Below are positions 63,931 through 64,000 of a DNA stretch of 64,000 nt, one piece after another. How positions within the stretch are numbered: position 1 is the stretch's first letter; each line of letters begins with the position of its first letter. Below the pieces are notes generated by a model, which saw nothing but the letters and a program-made list of their open reading frames with translations, searched no databases and was not told the origin of the DNA. The stretch is from Rhynchopus sp. YZ270_cl-10 (taxonomy: Eukaryota): NCBI GenBank assembly GCA_964035575.1, contig OZ037835.1, positions 310,001 through 374,000 of the forward strand, written 5' to 3'. The position numbers and the translations under genes are program-made.

Positions 63931-64000
63931 AGAGCAAAAAGAGGGGGAGAAAATATGTATGTGGGAGAAACGTGGGGGGGGAAGGGGAGAGAGAAAAAAT

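Overview
Eukaryotic, intron-poor, repeat-rich 64-kb window. Every credible gene is on the minus strand and most have CA-rich leaders before the ATG; with the Cache/HAMP cyclase-like receptors this suggests a euglenozoan protist, possibly a diplonemid (inference only, no search run). Contents: (1) a family of ubiquitin-like + 25-aa BspA-type LRR proteins ending in a CaaX box (3 intact, 2 disrupted, plus a related truncated LRR ending in an NLS-like tail); (2) a 1738-aa NLR-like STAND protein with a myristoylation motif, ankyrin repeats, an R-S-ExE ADP-ribosyltransferase, NACHT, pentapeptide and WD40 domains; (3) two receptor-type class III cyclase-like proteins with degenerate catalytic motifs, plus a decayed copy and a 3' fragment; (4) a six-copy tandem ankyrin array with mosaic sequences and one inverted spacer; (5) PP2C and a DUF501-like gene; (6) many mobile elements, including a 5'-truncated non-LTR retrotransposon with an 18-bp TSD inside an LRR gene, nested TIR elements with TA, TTA, 5-bp and 8-bp TSDs, and a 9-bp satellite that appears expanded from a single unit. 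The best candidate for an undescribed system is the ART-armed NLR among lipid-anchored, repeat-diversifying UBL-LRR proteins, a possible protist innate-immune/sensing locus. All domain calls come from motif recognition by eye.
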